DNA of 63,546 nucleotides, filler included, from Atractiella rhizophila (GCA_021432655.1; 5 parts of 4 records of this genome joined end to end with filler, not necessarily neighbours in it), one strand, 5' to 3'; shown: positions 1-13,013, counted from the first letter of the whole stretch. A program made the numbers and translations. The notes: a model not told the origin generated them from the sequence alone.

Positions 1-82
1 TGTTGTCAGAAGCGAGAATTTCCAAGATAGCATCTCTGAGTTCTGCAGGAAGAGAGCGAAAAGGGAAGATATTGGGATCCAT
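1..82 (-). CDS. F-box-like protein, 5' end only (runs off window start)
   Basis: Minus strand ATG at 82 reads MDPNIFPFRSLPAELRDAILEILASDN, matching the F-box start pattern (F.f..LP.El...I...L). Not in the ORF track. Confidence 0.55.
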   Translation of the reverse strand, partial: MDPNIFPFRSLPAELRDAILEILASDN

Positions 83-398
83 AGCTGTGCAGGCATATGT
101 CAGTATGGACTCGCTGGGTTGTGACCAACAGGGGCACCATCCTATTCAGCCTGTCAGGCTCAGACCCTCAGACTTTAGTATCAATCGGATTCCCAGCGGT
201 TGGTGATGGAGAGGTACTGAAGTCGAGTCAGATTTAGGTTCAAGTGCAAGTGCAACTGAGCAGTGCTGCGCAATGAGAAGCAGCTGTTTTGACGATCTCA
301 ACAAATTTTGATCAAGTGATATGTTGTCAAAGCCTGTTGTGACTGCACAAGTTATAACCGAAAACATTCACTTTGACCCTTTCCATTCAGCGCCTCCT

Positions 399-2915
399 TC
401 AAACTCCAGGTTTAAGCACTATGAATTCCCCTTCCTTCTTCCCAATCTTCTTCACATAATCCACCAACTTGGCCCCGTGTGCATTGTACCTTCCAATGAA
501 TTTCTGCATCAAATCCCTCAGTTTAGCTGGATCATTCTGCTTGATCCACGCGAGCGTTTCAGCCTCCAACTCAGCCAAAGTCTGCTTCGGAAACGCCTCA
601 TCCGACGCCGACCTCTCTTTCTTCCTCCTCTTCTCCCTCCCGGACGACTCCCCACTCTCCGACCTTCGCTTCCTATTCTCCATCGTCATGCCTGAGGCGG
701 CGACGGAGGAAGAGGAGGACGTGGTCGACGCGGCAGGCGATCGATCTCTTTCCGCCCTTTTGGACGGATCGAGCGCTCGTCGGGCCACGAGGGCGCTGCC
801 CGCTCCGGATGGCGAGTGTGGCCGAGGAGTGTTGGCGTGCGAGCTGGGAGTGTTGGGACGTTGCGGGTGCGCGTTGGACGCGGACGTGGCTATAGTTGGG
901 GTCGTGGACCTCGAGGTGCGTGTGGATGTGGAAGAGGGGAGACGGGCAGAGGGAGGCGGAGGACGTGGAACATTCGGATCAGGACGCGGGAGGGCAGCCC
1001 GCTCCTTCTCTCTTTGTTCGCGCTCGCGATCGCGATCTCGTTTCTCTCGATCTGAGCGATCCTTCTCTTTCTCCTTTTCCTTTCCTTTGTCTTTATCTTT
1101 CTCTTCTTCCGTGTCTGAGGACGAATCATCCTTCATCATCATCAGAAAGATCAGCGCATGAAAGGATAGAAGAGAGAGAGGGACGGTGACGTACGTCGAG
1201 GAAAGGATTGTGGAATCTCTCCTCGTCATCACTGTCATACTCCTCATTCTCCTTCTTCAACTTCTTCCTCAACTTCCTCGCCTCCTTCCCCTTCCCCTTC
1301 TTCTTCTCCTCCCCCTCTTCCTCACTAAACAACATCTCATGTTCACCAGTCCTCTCTCCCAATCTATCCCTCCTCAACTTTTCCTCCGCCTGCCTCCTCT
1401 CCTCTTCATCAAGTGCATCAGCATCCACCTCCATCCCCCCCTCCTCATCATCCGACACCTCATCCTCCCACGCCATCTCATCCCAGTCCCCTTCCATCCC
1501 ACTATCCCCACCTTTCCTCCCACCGCCTCCGTCTCCAAACCCGTCCAGCCCAACATCCGCCTTCCGCTCCCCGACCACGTGTCGAAGCTTCCGATTCGCC
1601 AAAGGCTTCGACTCCTCCCGTTGGGCGGCAGAGAGCTCGGACAGCTTAGACAGCATCTGTCCCTGTCGAGCTGGCGTCTTCGATCGAGAGGACGGAAAGG
1701 GCTTGATGTCCCTGTCTGTGGCGAGGCCGGTCGAAGGACCGCTGCTTGTGGTATTGGTGGAGATGGGTTGTTTAGGACGGGAAGAGATCCAGGTGTCGGT
1801 CGCGCGTTGTTTGGACCTATTTTGAAACTATGCACACCGAATGAAGAGAATGTTGAGGAACAATGCATTTGAAAGAGAGGAAGACAACACACCTCCTCCT
1901 CGATCTCTTCCCCCGTCTTTCCACCTCCCACCCTCTTCGTGAACCTATAAAACCCATGAACAGGGAACACTTTGAATCCTCCAGCCGCTTCTCCCTCTTT
2001 TGCCTTCTCCAACACCAACAAAACATGTCCGCTCCCCGCGTCGATGGCAGACGAAGGAGGTCTCCATCCCGAATTGATCCCTCCCTTCCCTCCCGCTCCA
2101 CTGCTGCCACCATTACCCCCAGAGGCATTACCCGGGGTAGAGGCTCCGATGCCTGGGAGGAGGGAAGAGTTGGGGACGCCTTCGAGGACACCTTCCCAGC
2201 GCTGTTGAGGGACGGACGAGTCCTCAAGGATCCAAGACTTGCTCTCTTGTTTGGACAGAGACCACGCATCTTCAGAGGTGACGTGCACCCTCCTAGTCTT
2301 CGTCTTGAAATACCTCTTCTTCAATTCGTTCTTCGCCCTCTCCTTCGCCGCTTCTGCTCCGTCCGCTCCTCCTCCAATCCCCACTTCAGAGGGCACATCC
2401 GATTTGAATTCCTCCTTTTTGACAGCCTCTCCTCCACCCGCTCCTCCATTCTCCTTAGCGATCCTCCTCCTCTCCCTCTCCTCCTCCAACTTCTTCGCAA
2501 ACCTCTCCTCCCTAACCCTGACCACCCTCAAATCCTTCCTATTCAACTTGATAGGCCGCGCAAAGCTCCCCTCATCCTCCAACCTCACCACCTCGCTCTC
2601 CCTCAACCCCTTCGTACTCCCCTGCCCCAACCTCATCACGTTAATCTTGAGCGCACCACCCGACGCCGGCGGAGCGATCGACTTGAGTGTAAAATAATGG
2701 TATTGCGACGCATCCTCCTCCTCATTCGCGGACGGATCAGCTTTGATGGGAGACCCTCCGCCCGCGCGGTTGGCGGAGGAGAGGTTGGGGTTGGGAGGGA
2801 ACGTGCGAGGGGCGGGTGAGCCGGATTTGATCTTGCTGCTCGCCTCTTCCGCCTTGATACCAGCGACGTTCTGCCCCTTTGGAGGACCGAAACCCCGAGG
2901 GATGAATACGGGCAT
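399..2915 (-). CDS. TFG1: Transcription factor TFIIF large subunit (Tfg1/RAP74), 3 exons
   Basis: Motifs FARPIKLNRKD, FKTKTRRV, WILED and FKVFPVHGFYRF, an acidic central region, and a C-terminal winged-helix-like segment. Two GT-AG introns join ORFs 1374..2915, 1126..1656 and 399..1247 in frame. Confidence 0.85.
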
Positions 2916-3568
2916 CTTCTTTCGCGTTTTCCTCTTTTTTCTTTTGTGTCACGTTCCGTTCGCTCGATGAGTCGCCTCCAGCGTGGCGTCAAAGCGTGCC
3001 GTTGTGTTTTTAGATTCGTGTGTCTTCTTGGGGAATCTGAGAAAGTCCGAGGGAGAGACCTGTGGAGGGAAGAGGTGCCTAACGCGGTGGGAAAGAGTGA
3101 CCTTGGTCGTCTTTGGGATTTGTTCTGAAAGGAACGACGCCAAACAGCGGGAATGTTCTGGGAAGCCGAACTTCGGTTCTGTTTCCGGCCGCCTCCTTGA
3201 ATGAGTCTTCTTCTTGTGGCAGGGCAGACATGAAATTTCTTCAGCGCTATTCATGATATAGCTATAGCCATACAGAGAGTCAACAGAAAGAGAGTATGAA
3301 AAGGCGTGCACAATGATGGTGATGGTACAATTATAGTCCTATGTATCAAAGCTCTCTCTAAGAAGACAGCGACTGAAATCCAAATCCAATCCGAACGAAA
3401 TGTTCAACGTCCAACAATACTTGAAGAATGTCAATGTCAACGAAAGATGATGGTGCCGAGTCCAGTCCACAAGACAGTGGATGTTGAGATTGAGAAGAAA
3501 CAAGTCGAAAGAAAAAGGAAGGAACGTGAAACTTTTTAAACTCCCACCTATCGAACCAGCGCTCCGGT

Positions 3569-4889
3569 CTAATAAGAACGAAACCCGCTCTCATCCTTCC
3601 TATCCATATCCCCACTCCCCCGCGCCCATCCGACTCCACCACCATCCTCGACCGCCAACTGACGCTGACTAGTCGAAGCCTTCATCCCAGCCAGGGAAGA
3701 ACCATACATCTCGCTCTCCGCGCTCCTCTGCGTCGAAGTGGACGGATAAGGTCGATGACCGCTCCCCGCGGCCAACAATCCAGCCTGCGAACCCATCGTC
3801 GCCTCGCTCGCCGTCCTGTGGTTCTTCGGCCGCCCCTCCTTCCCACCACCGCCCACAGCGCTGGACCCGTCGCCCTGCTCGTCGCCCCCGTCTGGAAACC
3901 GGACTTCGTTTCGGAGCCCACTGCTCTTCGAGAACGAACGCTCGTGCCCGACCCCGACCCCGGGTGGAGCGGGAAGGTCGCTGCTGTTTCGGGCGAGGAA
4001 GGAGTTGCGATCGTACATCCCGCTCTCTCTTAGTGCTATTATCTCTCCTTCTGCGGCGTTGAAGACGGTATCGTATTGTTTGTGCGCTTCGCGTTGGTCG
4101 AGGGAATAGGTGCGGGATTTGAGGATGAAGTATAACTGGCGTCAGCGTAATTTCAGTCCTGATGCGGATGCTATGATATGAGGGGAAGGAGGGACGAACT
4201 TCTGTTAGGCCGACTACGACCCATAAGAATGCCATGACGCCAACTTGAACCCACGTCCACACCTTACAAATCGTCTCTCCCGTCTGATCATTCGCATTGA
4301 AGCCCTGGACAGTGGTTGAAGAATTGCCAGAAGCCTGTTCCGAGAATTGTTTTGAGCAAGAATCGACCGCGTCGGAATGGTTGGTGATGGAGACGATGAT
4401 CCATATGAGGGCGATGAGGAAGGTGAGCGCGACCAGGCCGGAGTTGACCCATGTGCTGCGTCGTTCGGAAACCGAAAAGTAAAGTCAACAGCTGTCTTTG
4501 TTCAGGAGAAAGGGAGGAGACGGACTATTTTCGAAAGATTGCAGGTTTTTCTTTGAAGACTCCAAAGAACCCTGCTGCCTGCGTGAGGCCGACGAGGATG
4601 GCGCAGATGCCGAAAAGGTAGGATCCGAAGGAAGGGATGGAAACGGATACGACTGTTTGCGAGGCAACAGTGGCAGCAGCATCATCAGCACAATATCCCA
4701 AAGCGATCCACCAAAGCCACAACGACAGTCATGGAATGAGGAGAGGTAAGAAGACGCACTAGACGGCGCAGCGAAAGCCAAGGCTCCAACCGTGATCCCA
4801 ATGACTGCGAACTGGACGAGAATGGCATATATCCCCCAATTAAATAATGGGACTGCCCAACAGACGTAGGCGGATTTGAGGATCCTCAT
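3569..4889 (-). CDS. Uncharacterised four-transmembrane (tetraspanin-like) membrane protein with a low-complexity C-terminal tail
   Basis: Spliced model gives four hydrophobic segments (WGIYAILVQFAVIGI, YLFGICAILVGL, LVALTFLIALIWII, WVQVGVMAFLWVVVG) and two Cys in the large loop. The tail is ORF 3569..4018. Confidence 0.65.
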
Positions 4890-5470
4890 GCTGTCAATCT
4901 ACCTGACCTCGTCACGACAAACCAAAGCAAAGTGACCTCAAAGCACGTTCCAAAGGCGTTCGGAGCGGTTGGGGTGTGAGGTCGCAGTCTGACCCTGAAA
5001 AATGAAGGTCTGGATGGAGCCTAGCACATAGAGCGTGGGAGAGGATGTTGTGGATGTTGTGTTTGGTGGTGGAATTGTTCTGGGCATCGTTGGTGCCGCA
5101 CCAGACTTTGATTGCACGTGTATCCAGCACGGTAACAACACCGCGTATGTCCACGCAACCTAATCAGATTGCGATCTCAAGAAACAAAAACCCAAACATC
5201 AACCAAAAACATCTTTAGGAGCCAGGCGCCACTTGGACTCATCCCGGAGCAGGGCAACTAGCGGAAGAGGTGGAAGGAGCATTGGATTGGGAGGCGGCCG
5301 GTTTGGAGAGGTTATTATCAGTGGCGGTAGAACGGAATCGCCGGATATCGATTGCGATTGCCTCGATTCGATAATTTCACCATCGACACGCCACCATCAC
5401 GATTTCTCTGATTTCTAATAATCGAGACAACCATCTCCTCCCATCACCACATCGTCCGCCATCAAATCCC

Positions 5471-6055
5471 ATGGTCTCCGATCCACTCCCAGAGGTATCC
5501 GACAACGAGCTGGAAGCAGCTCTCCAGAGCATATCCGTCACTCCCTACGTGCTGTCCAATTGGGCACGCACCTTTCGTTGTCTCCCCGAACGCGTTTTCA
5601 GGCCGAAAGACGTGGACGATGTGAGGCGGATCCTGTTGTGGTGTAAGAGGGAAGGGAGAGAAGTGAGAGTGAGAGGAGCCGCGCACTCGCCGAGCGATCT
5701 GGGAATGGTGAGGAGTTTTGATAAGCGGAGAGGAGACCGTGGGAAAGGAGGAGTGGTCGTTGAGATGACCGGCATGAGCTCTCTCGTATCTGTATGTTTT
5801 TGCTTTGCTTTTTCATCGCTAGAGACGAAAGTAACTTGATTGTATATTCCGATAGCAAGACTCGTCTCGCAACACGGTAACAGTGCAAGGCGGCATGACT
5901 ATCTCTTCCCTCTCCAGCACTCTCTCCAGCTTATCTCCTCCCCTCGCTCTCTCTTGTCTAGGATCCATATCTGACCAGACCTTGAGCGGAGCCATCTCCA
6001 CCGCTACACACGGCGCAGGCTGGAACTACGGCTCGCTCTCATCCTACGTTCGCTC
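5471..6055 (+). CDS. ALO1: D-arabinono-1,4-lactone / L-gulonolactone oxidase (FAD-linked), 5' part, cut by scaffold end
   Basis: NWARTF, the covalent-FAD His motif GAAHSPSD, and LGSISDQTLSGAISTATHG. One GT-AG intron. Confidence 0.85.
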
Positions 6056-6155
6056 NNNNNNNNNNNNNNNNNNNNNNNNNNNNNNNNNNNNNNNNNNNNT
6101 TAATTAATTAANNNNNNNNNNNNNNNNNNNNNNNNNNNNNNNNNNNNNNNNNNNN
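6056..6155. other. Artificial scaffold-concatenation linker
   Basis: 44 N + TTAATTAATTAA (stops in all six frames) + 44 N. Identical linkers occur three more times. Confidence 0.97.
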
Positions 6156-7729
6156 GATCTTATACCCTCCCGTCAAATGCTTGACCAGGCCAGAGACAAG
6201 AGATTCAGTAAGGTCCATAACATCGTACATGTCCGCGTATGCCATGTAGAATTCACAAATGGTGAACTCTGGGTTGTGGGTAAGATCTATGCCTTCATTC
6301 CTGAATGCTCGTCCTATTTCGAACACTCGGTTCAAACCACCAACAACCAGCTCCTTCAGGTAGAGCTCGGGAGCGATACGGAGGAAGAGGTCAAGTCCAA
6401 GAGAGTTGTGGTGCGTGATGAAAGGTTTCGCGGTTGCACCTCCAGATTGTAGGGACATCAGAGGGGTCTCAACCTGCATCCAAACGCGTCAAGATGTCAA
6501 TTCCTAGTCCCTGTTCCTTGACAGTAGCCGCACCTCGAGGAAACCAAGATTGCTTAGGAAATTTCGGACGTAGGCAACGATTCTACTTCTGAGAACGAAC
6601 GTCTCCCTCACTCTTGGGTTCATGATCAGGTCAAGATGTCTATTCCTGTGCCTTAACTCGGCATCTCTGAATCCATACCTAACCAAGCCAAGCCGTTAGT
6701 ATGGGGAGTGTCCGACGAAATCAAGCTCGCTCACCTTCTCTCTCCAGCTTCAGTAATCTGTTCCTCCCGAGGCAGTTGATGTAAATTCGGTGCTAAGAGC
6801 TTCAGATCCTTCGCAAGAATACTGAACTCTCCCTTCTGCGTCCTTCCCGGAAAACCTGTGACTCCAACGATGTCGCCACGGTTGAAGAGATCCCAAAGCT
6901 TCTCAAATTGTTCTGGATGAGAGGCGTGATTCACTTGACCCATAACTTGGATTCGAACGCCATCGGACCAGAGATCGAGGAATCGCAACTTTTCGCCAAA
7001 CGATCGAATTTGCATCACTCGCCCTGCCAGAGACACAATCTCGTTCTCTAGTTTATCAGCTGAAGCAAACATGAATAACTCGAGAGGTGCGAGGCTTGAA
7101 AGAAACGAACTCTTGTTGGGAACCCTATCATTGTAGAGTTTGATGAAATCGGAGATGGAGTGCGTGACATGGAACTTGTGAGGGTAAGGATCTGGAGTAA
7201 CGAGGGTTCTTTGGTCTTGTGGAATCGATCGAAGTTGTTTGATAGCATTTGAACGTAACTCGTAATATTGCTGCCAGCAGTCAAATTAGTCCAGAAATCA
7301 CGATCAAAGAAGCAAAGCAAACCATCGAAGTCAATTCTTCTTCCTCAGGCTTGTTCTCTCCCTCCTTCGCCTTATCCTTCTTCTCTACAACGGGCTTATC
7401 CTAGAGTCATCAGATCAGCAAACTATCTTGCCTTTACAGGGACTGAGAACGCGCTTTCTTGTTCTTCTCCTTCTCTCTAAGCTTTAGACGTCTCTTGAGT
7501 TCCCTAATATTAGATGTATTAGCCTCATAATCAACAATAGTCGACAGATGAAGGCATACGACTTGGAGACCATCTCCCCCGTTTCGGGATCCTTGTGCAA
7601 GCCAGAATCCGACATCGTGCGGGTAAAGTTTCTGCGTTGAGGTTGTTGAGTTTGAGTTATTGGCGCGATTCGAGCGATGGCAGGTCTGCAGAGAGGTTTG
7701 AAGAGGGAAATCGACCCTCGTGGAAGCAT
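6156..7729 (-). CDS. KRS1: Lysyl-tRNA synthetase (class II), 5' part, with a mitochondrial-type N-terminal extension
   Basis: PYPHKFHV, the OB-fold segment [36 protein letters not shown] and [15 protein letters not shown]. Six introns, including GC-AG 7401..7454. Confidence 0.95.
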
Positions 7730-7759
7730 AAAAGACTTGTAAAATTTTCGGAGTTGCTA

Positions 7760-7783
7760 TGAGTCAGGGGAGCGCCTGAGTCA
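7760..7783 (-). promoter_or_regulatory. Two TGACTCA (Gcn4/CpcA/AP-1-type) elements upstream of KRS1
   Basis: Plus strand TGAGTCA at 7760-7766 and 7777-7783, 31-54 bp upstream of the first ATG. Confidence 0.5.
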
Positions 7784-8262
7784 CAGAGCCACAGAACGAA
7801 GCAACGAGGCGTGAAAAGGCTTGAAAGGTGTGAAAGGCGTATGGACAGGAGAAAGCAGAGGAGGGGAATCCAGCCACTGTGCTGAGATAAGTTCATATGT
7901 CTGGATGACTTGGAAGGTGCGCTGCTTCATGCTGAACGCTCAAAGGTTTGCGAGTCTTTCAGTACCATCAGCCCTGTAGTTATTTGATCTGTGAACATTG
8001 GTCTCTACATTCACATACTCACGATGAACCGCTGTCGGTAGCAGGATGCTCTGCTCCTTTCATCTCGTGAACTGGGATTTCACCCCATTTTTGTTTGCTG
8101 TTCTGCACATGGTTCCGTAATGCTTAGTGGGAGATGAAAGAATGTAGATGTTGGCTAGACGTGTCGTCTATGTATTGCCCTCTGCTACTACATAAATCAC
8201 TTTGTACCCTCCAGATTCACTATGCTCTCACTGCCGCATTACATTGCCTCTGCTAAATTAAA

Positions 8263-9522
8263 TTATCTATAACTCGACGATCTATGATTTGGTGGCGCGT
8301 CAAATGCCTGCATCATTTGATGTTCCTCCCTATCACCCAAGAAAACGTCAACAGACAGACTGGGGTGATCGTGTGGTTTGTCGCTATCTCGGAAAACCCA
8401 TTCCATGAAGGTGAGGAAGCCTTGGAAGCGCAAACTACAAAATTTGACGGAAAGTTGTATCAACTTCGATTTCGCCATCCAATGTTGATTCTGGACTAGT
8501 TTGCGGAAGAAATCGCCTGGCAGAATGTTGGACGTCTCGTGCCTTCCGTCAAGAGCGAAAGAAGTAACGTTACGGAAGTCGAATAGACGTAAAGGAGCTG
8601 CGAATTGATAACCCAAATTTGCATCCATGTCTTGCCCGGACAGCATAGAAAAACGTTCGAGGTTTTGAAATACGGATGATTGTAGTAGTCTCTCGAAGAG
8701 TGGGTTGGAGACACAACATCTTTTTATGGATGCTTAGAGCTGAGAGGACCAACTCTGAATCAATGCAGTATTGCTCAGCTCCGTTCCCGATATTGATCTA
8801 GTCAAGCTGAGACAGGCTGTGTCCGAATCTCCCCCGGAACAACAAGCTCCCGATCTCGTGTGAGTTCCAGAGGCTGGGAGATAGTTTTGAAGCATCCGAA
8901 TTGTCCTCACAGAAGCAGAGCTGTCGAACATGCTGAAGTTCTGCTAGAGCATCCAGAAGAACATGCCGTTCCTTCTGGTGAGGGAGACCATCGATGCTGA
9001 CGTTTGAGATTCGGAAAGCTCTTTGCAGCAGCAAGGAAATATCATGATTTTCCTCGTCAGCTCAATACCAGAAATTTTCCCAAAATCTTCCAGCGTGAGG
9101 GAAAACGGACAGTTTCTCCAGCTTATCATGGTTTAAGAACGGTTCTTGATCGTAAGCTTGGTGACTGCCCATTTCTGACAAACTTGCCTTATTATCTCCC
9201 AATTTTCGTGATCGTATTCGTCGTAGTCTAGAAATGCGAAGATCCGTTTCAAGACTTCTGTTGGCAAGCTGTCAGCAACGCATCGACCCGTATTGACAGA
9301 GATCTGAACAATCAGTTGGCCAATGCCTTGATCAACCTGACGGAAGGCGATAGCTTCAATTCCATCGCCGAACCTCCATACAGCATCAATTGGACTGAGA
9401 TTCCTTTCTTCGGACTGGTTCCTGTGTTCTGCGAGGAGGAATGTTGTTTGATCCTTTGACACATGAACGATGACCTTTTTCCATGCTCCAGTTTTATTGT
9501 CGCACTTTGAAAGTTCAAACAA
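8263..9522 (-). pseudogene. Degenerate F-box/LRR-like gene
   Basis: F-box DSLPTEVLKRIFAFL...IRQVCQKW followed by an in-frame TAA at 9133, further stops (e.g. 8798) and frame changes. LRR-like remnants (SFPNLKR, LQHVRQLCF). I found no splice solution. Confidence 0.55.
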
Positions 9523-10308
9523 ACCGACATTGTTTGATCACACTCCGGTATGATGCAGAATGAAACAGTGTCTCCGATAGTAGGTGGGATCGTGAGAATG
9601 CGCGGCCCATTAACTGGGAGAGCTCTCCATTGCCTACTGTGAGAATGGAGTCAGAAGAGGATAGAGATCTTCTTGACGCCTGTGTTATGCAATGTTGGAG
9701 TAATACTTAAGCCAAGCCGGAGATGATAGTCCTTGTTCAATCGCAAAACATTGGCGTAAACCTTGCAATCCTATCAGAAAGGGAGTTGTGGATTGAGTCA
9801 CGAACACACCTTCCCCATGGTGTTCAAAGACCATTCCAAGCATGAAATGATCAGCTCGGTCAGTTTGGTGAGTCATGAAACTGTAGGTTTGCTGATTAAT
9901 GATTCATTCATCCCATATTTGTTCATTCAAAATTTAGGCGAAATGCGCTCCGAGCAATAAAGGGACAAGGACAATTGGCAGTAAGTGTTTTGGTCAGCTT
10001 TGTTGAGCCTTGGGTGTGCTTTTGTCTTCTGTTGCGATCGTGCCTTGGGATGCCTTTAGTCAAGGCATATTATTCATTCCACTACGCATATAAAGAAGAT
10101 GATTGTGAGTTCTGAAGCTACATTAATTTGAGCGCTTCTGAAGATTACTCTCTTGCATTCAGCATCACCGACCAGAACCTAAGTTATGTCGGATATTGTC
10201 TATCATAGCACCATGAGGTCGTGGGTGAGGAATAATCCAGAGAAGAAGAGAGAACCTCGTCAGTCTGATATTTGTTAAGCCTTCGTCAAACTGATTGAAG
10301 CTTTCACA

Positions 10309-10890
10309 GTGGCCACCGCGGTTGTTTATCGTAAATGCGAAAACAAATATTACATTCTTCCGGAGGATGCCATTTACGTGATCAGCTACCTTCGTAGACA
10401 CTCCGGAGCGCCAAATGACCCTAAAGCGATTGAAGTTATCGAAAATATCATCAAATTGGCCACGTCTTTTCTTTCTCCTCCACGACAAGATTATTTCCAG
10501 GGTACCACAACCTTGAACCATCTAGTTAGAAAGGTACAGTTTTGGTCGTTGTGGAAACCGGTTCCTGCGATTCTTTTACCCTCAGCTTGCCATCAAACAC
10601 CTAAGAAAACTGTTCTTCCGTCAGCCCCGAGTTTGACTTCTACTGCAAAAGAAGGAGCAAACACTGGCGGGGCCTTTAAGCTGCCAAATTCGCAGCATCG
10701 TACCAACAACCTGGAACTTCTTGCAAATCTAGCGACCCAGATGTCCTATGTGTCCAAGGCCACCTCTTCAGCGGATTCAAGTGTCAGCAAGAATACCGCC
10801 GCCTTTGGTTCACCTACAGTGAGCTGCGATAGAACTACATGTCCCCAGGACTTTTCAACGGAAGACGAGGAAATGGATGTAGAGGATTGA
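10309..10890 (+). CDS. Hypothetical protein (probably the terminal exon of a spliced gene)
   Basis: 193-codon open frame with a plausible upstream acceptor and an acidic end (EDEEMDVED). No recognisable family. Confidence 0.35.
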   Translation: MATAVVYRKCENKYYILPEDAIYVISYLRRHSGAPNDPKAIEVIENIIKLATSFLSPPRQDYFQGTTTLNHLVRKVQFWSLWKPVPAILLPSACHQTPKKTVLPSAPSLTSTAKEGANTGGAFKLPNSQHRTNNLELLANLATQMSYVSKATSSADSSVSKNTAAFGSPTVSCDRTTCPQDFSTEDEEMDVED

Positions 10891-11205
10891 ATGGAAAGTT
10901 CCAAAGAACGATAGTAAGTTGAAAACAGCTGCAAGGGATACTCAAGATGACAGATTTAGAGGATTCTGATGTAGCTAATTCATCCACTGCTTGCTAAATG
11001 TCAAGGATAATTCAGGCCCATAGATTGGTGCTAGCAGTGCTTGTATGCATTGAGACAGCTAAATATACACATTTGTAGATTATCAGCCGAACTTGCTAGG
11101 TACAAAATGAATTGCTGGCTCGAATGTACGATAAATGGTGATTGATAGGCGTCCATAATGGCACAGATATGATGAGACGATGCAAGGGGATTGTACTGTC
11201 AAAAA

Positions 11206-12884
11206 TTAGACATCCTATCCAAAGATTAGCCCGCTCCCAACAAACACACTAAAGTGAGCAGCCTACCTCAATTCCCCCAGGTTTGATGCAATAACTCGCC
11301 TGTACGACGGGAATTAATGTTATTGTGGAGAAAATGGTGTTGAATCAACTCACTTCCCCTTCTGGCATCTCTGGACTGTCAGCAAGTTTAGCTATCCTCT
11401 CCTCTCCCCTTCCTTTCCTGAGATAGATCCTCGTTGTGCTCGCATGGGCCTTCCCATAGTGATGAGCACACAATTCCCTCGGAATGAGGACTAAGAAACC
11501 CACCATAACGTGGCCACCGACAGGTTTCTTGTCTGCTCCCCCGGCAAACACCATGCTGCTCCCAGGGTCTGCTTGGACTTGGTTCGTCAAAAGTCTGCCA
11601 GGGAGTCACTGTATCAATACAAATGCAATCCCATCAAGATAAAAACCAACACGGCCACGTTGAACTCTTCTGAAATGCGAGTTAAGCGAGCTAGCATCTG
11701 ATTGAGCTTCTGCTGTCTTTCGCTAAGCTCGCCACGTCCCGAGTAGTCAACTCTGAAGAGCGCAAGAATAGAGTCTACGATCTATCCCATACATCAAATG
11801 ACTTCATCAGGAACTGGCAACGAGTAGGGAAGAAGAGGACGAACTAGCAGGCGAAAGACGCCTTGCTCTTCTGCAAACTTTCCCGCGAGGAGGTTGATAA
11901 GGTCCATTTCTGCAGTGTCGACATAGTCAGTGATTTAAAAGGGAACAGACAGATTAGAAGAGGTACGGTGTTCTGAGTTCATAGCGCGTCCAACGACGAT
12001 GTTCTCAAGCGCAACTTCACCTTCAACGTCCTTCCCAGTTGAACGCCGCTATTCAGCTTTCTATTTCTGAGAGAAAGCCAGAGAAACTCACAAAACGATC
12101 CGCAATGGATTTTACACGGTCTGGGCGGAAGGTGTTTTCAGTGTCGATGTACGCGACCTGTTACGGGAAAGAGCACAGGGCTTGGGAGGAGAATACCATG
12201 AAGAGAGTGAGCACACCTTTCCTTGGCCGCCTCCAAGGTCGGGAGGGAGCTAAAATCCAGACAAACAGCCATTAGAAATTGTTTCTAAGAGTAATTGGTA
12301 TAAAAAAACATGCTTGAGTCGTGACGCAGAGCGTATGACATAGCTGGGTCTTGCCAGTTCGAAACTCGCCGTAAACTGAACGACATGGCTTGAACGCTTT
12401 ATATCAGCTCATTTAAAACAGCTACACGTACCCTCCGTCACGCTCTGTGTGCTAACGCCGCCTCCCAGCATTGCATCGAGTTGTTTCGAACCCGTTGTGA
12501 TCATGACCTTTCCACGCAGGACAATCGTCCGTTCTTCCATCGTTACAAGAAAGAGGAATGTGCGCACCACTTTCTCACGTCTCGTGGCCACTTCAACGCC
12601 GGTAGAAAAAGAGAAAGCCGTGGGGAGGATCTTAGAAGCCGCATCCTTAATCTTGTCTACCTTTATTTCTGAAAGTCCTTTGATCTTGCATAGACTCTTG
12701 CGCGTCACTTGCAGCACTCCGACAATCGTCGCAATTCCGGCTGCTTTCAGTTTCGCAATATCTTGTGCTAAAAAGCGCCGCTGAGCGGTCTATGTTTTCC
12801 TAAACAGATAAGATGGAGCGCACCAGAAATTCCTGCCTCTTGAAGAGCGTCAATGTCAATGAAGAATTGCTCGATTTCGGCCAT
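11206..12884 (-). CDS. DMC1: Meiosis-specific recombinase Dmc1, about 11 exons
   Basis: [33 protein letters not shown], Walker [28 protein letters not shown], and the Dmc1-type TNQVQADPG / KPVGGHV. The last micro-exon ends DV-stop at 11206. Confidence 0.93.
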
Positions 12885-12984
12885 TGTCCTGGAGCTGAAT
12901 TTGAGCTAAAAGATTGGAGATGTCCAAGCGAGTGATAGAAGAATTTTTCAAAGGATTGATTCGTGGTTTGGAAAGGATAAAGAG

Positions 12985-13013
12985 ACGCGTTGGCATGAGC
13001 ATGATGGACGCGT
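12985..13013. promoter_or_regulatory. Two MluI/MCB-like ACGCGT elements upstream of DMC1
   Basis: ACGCGT at 12985-12990 and 13008-13013 in the divergent DMC1/GNAT intergenic region. Confidence 0.4.

Noticed and set aside
321..2819. Long plus-strand ORFs overlapping TFG1 (and similar antisense ORFs over NOP7, RPN2 and HST2)
   Set aside because: Shadow ORFs from purine-rich, low-complexity coding sequence on the other strand. No family motifs.
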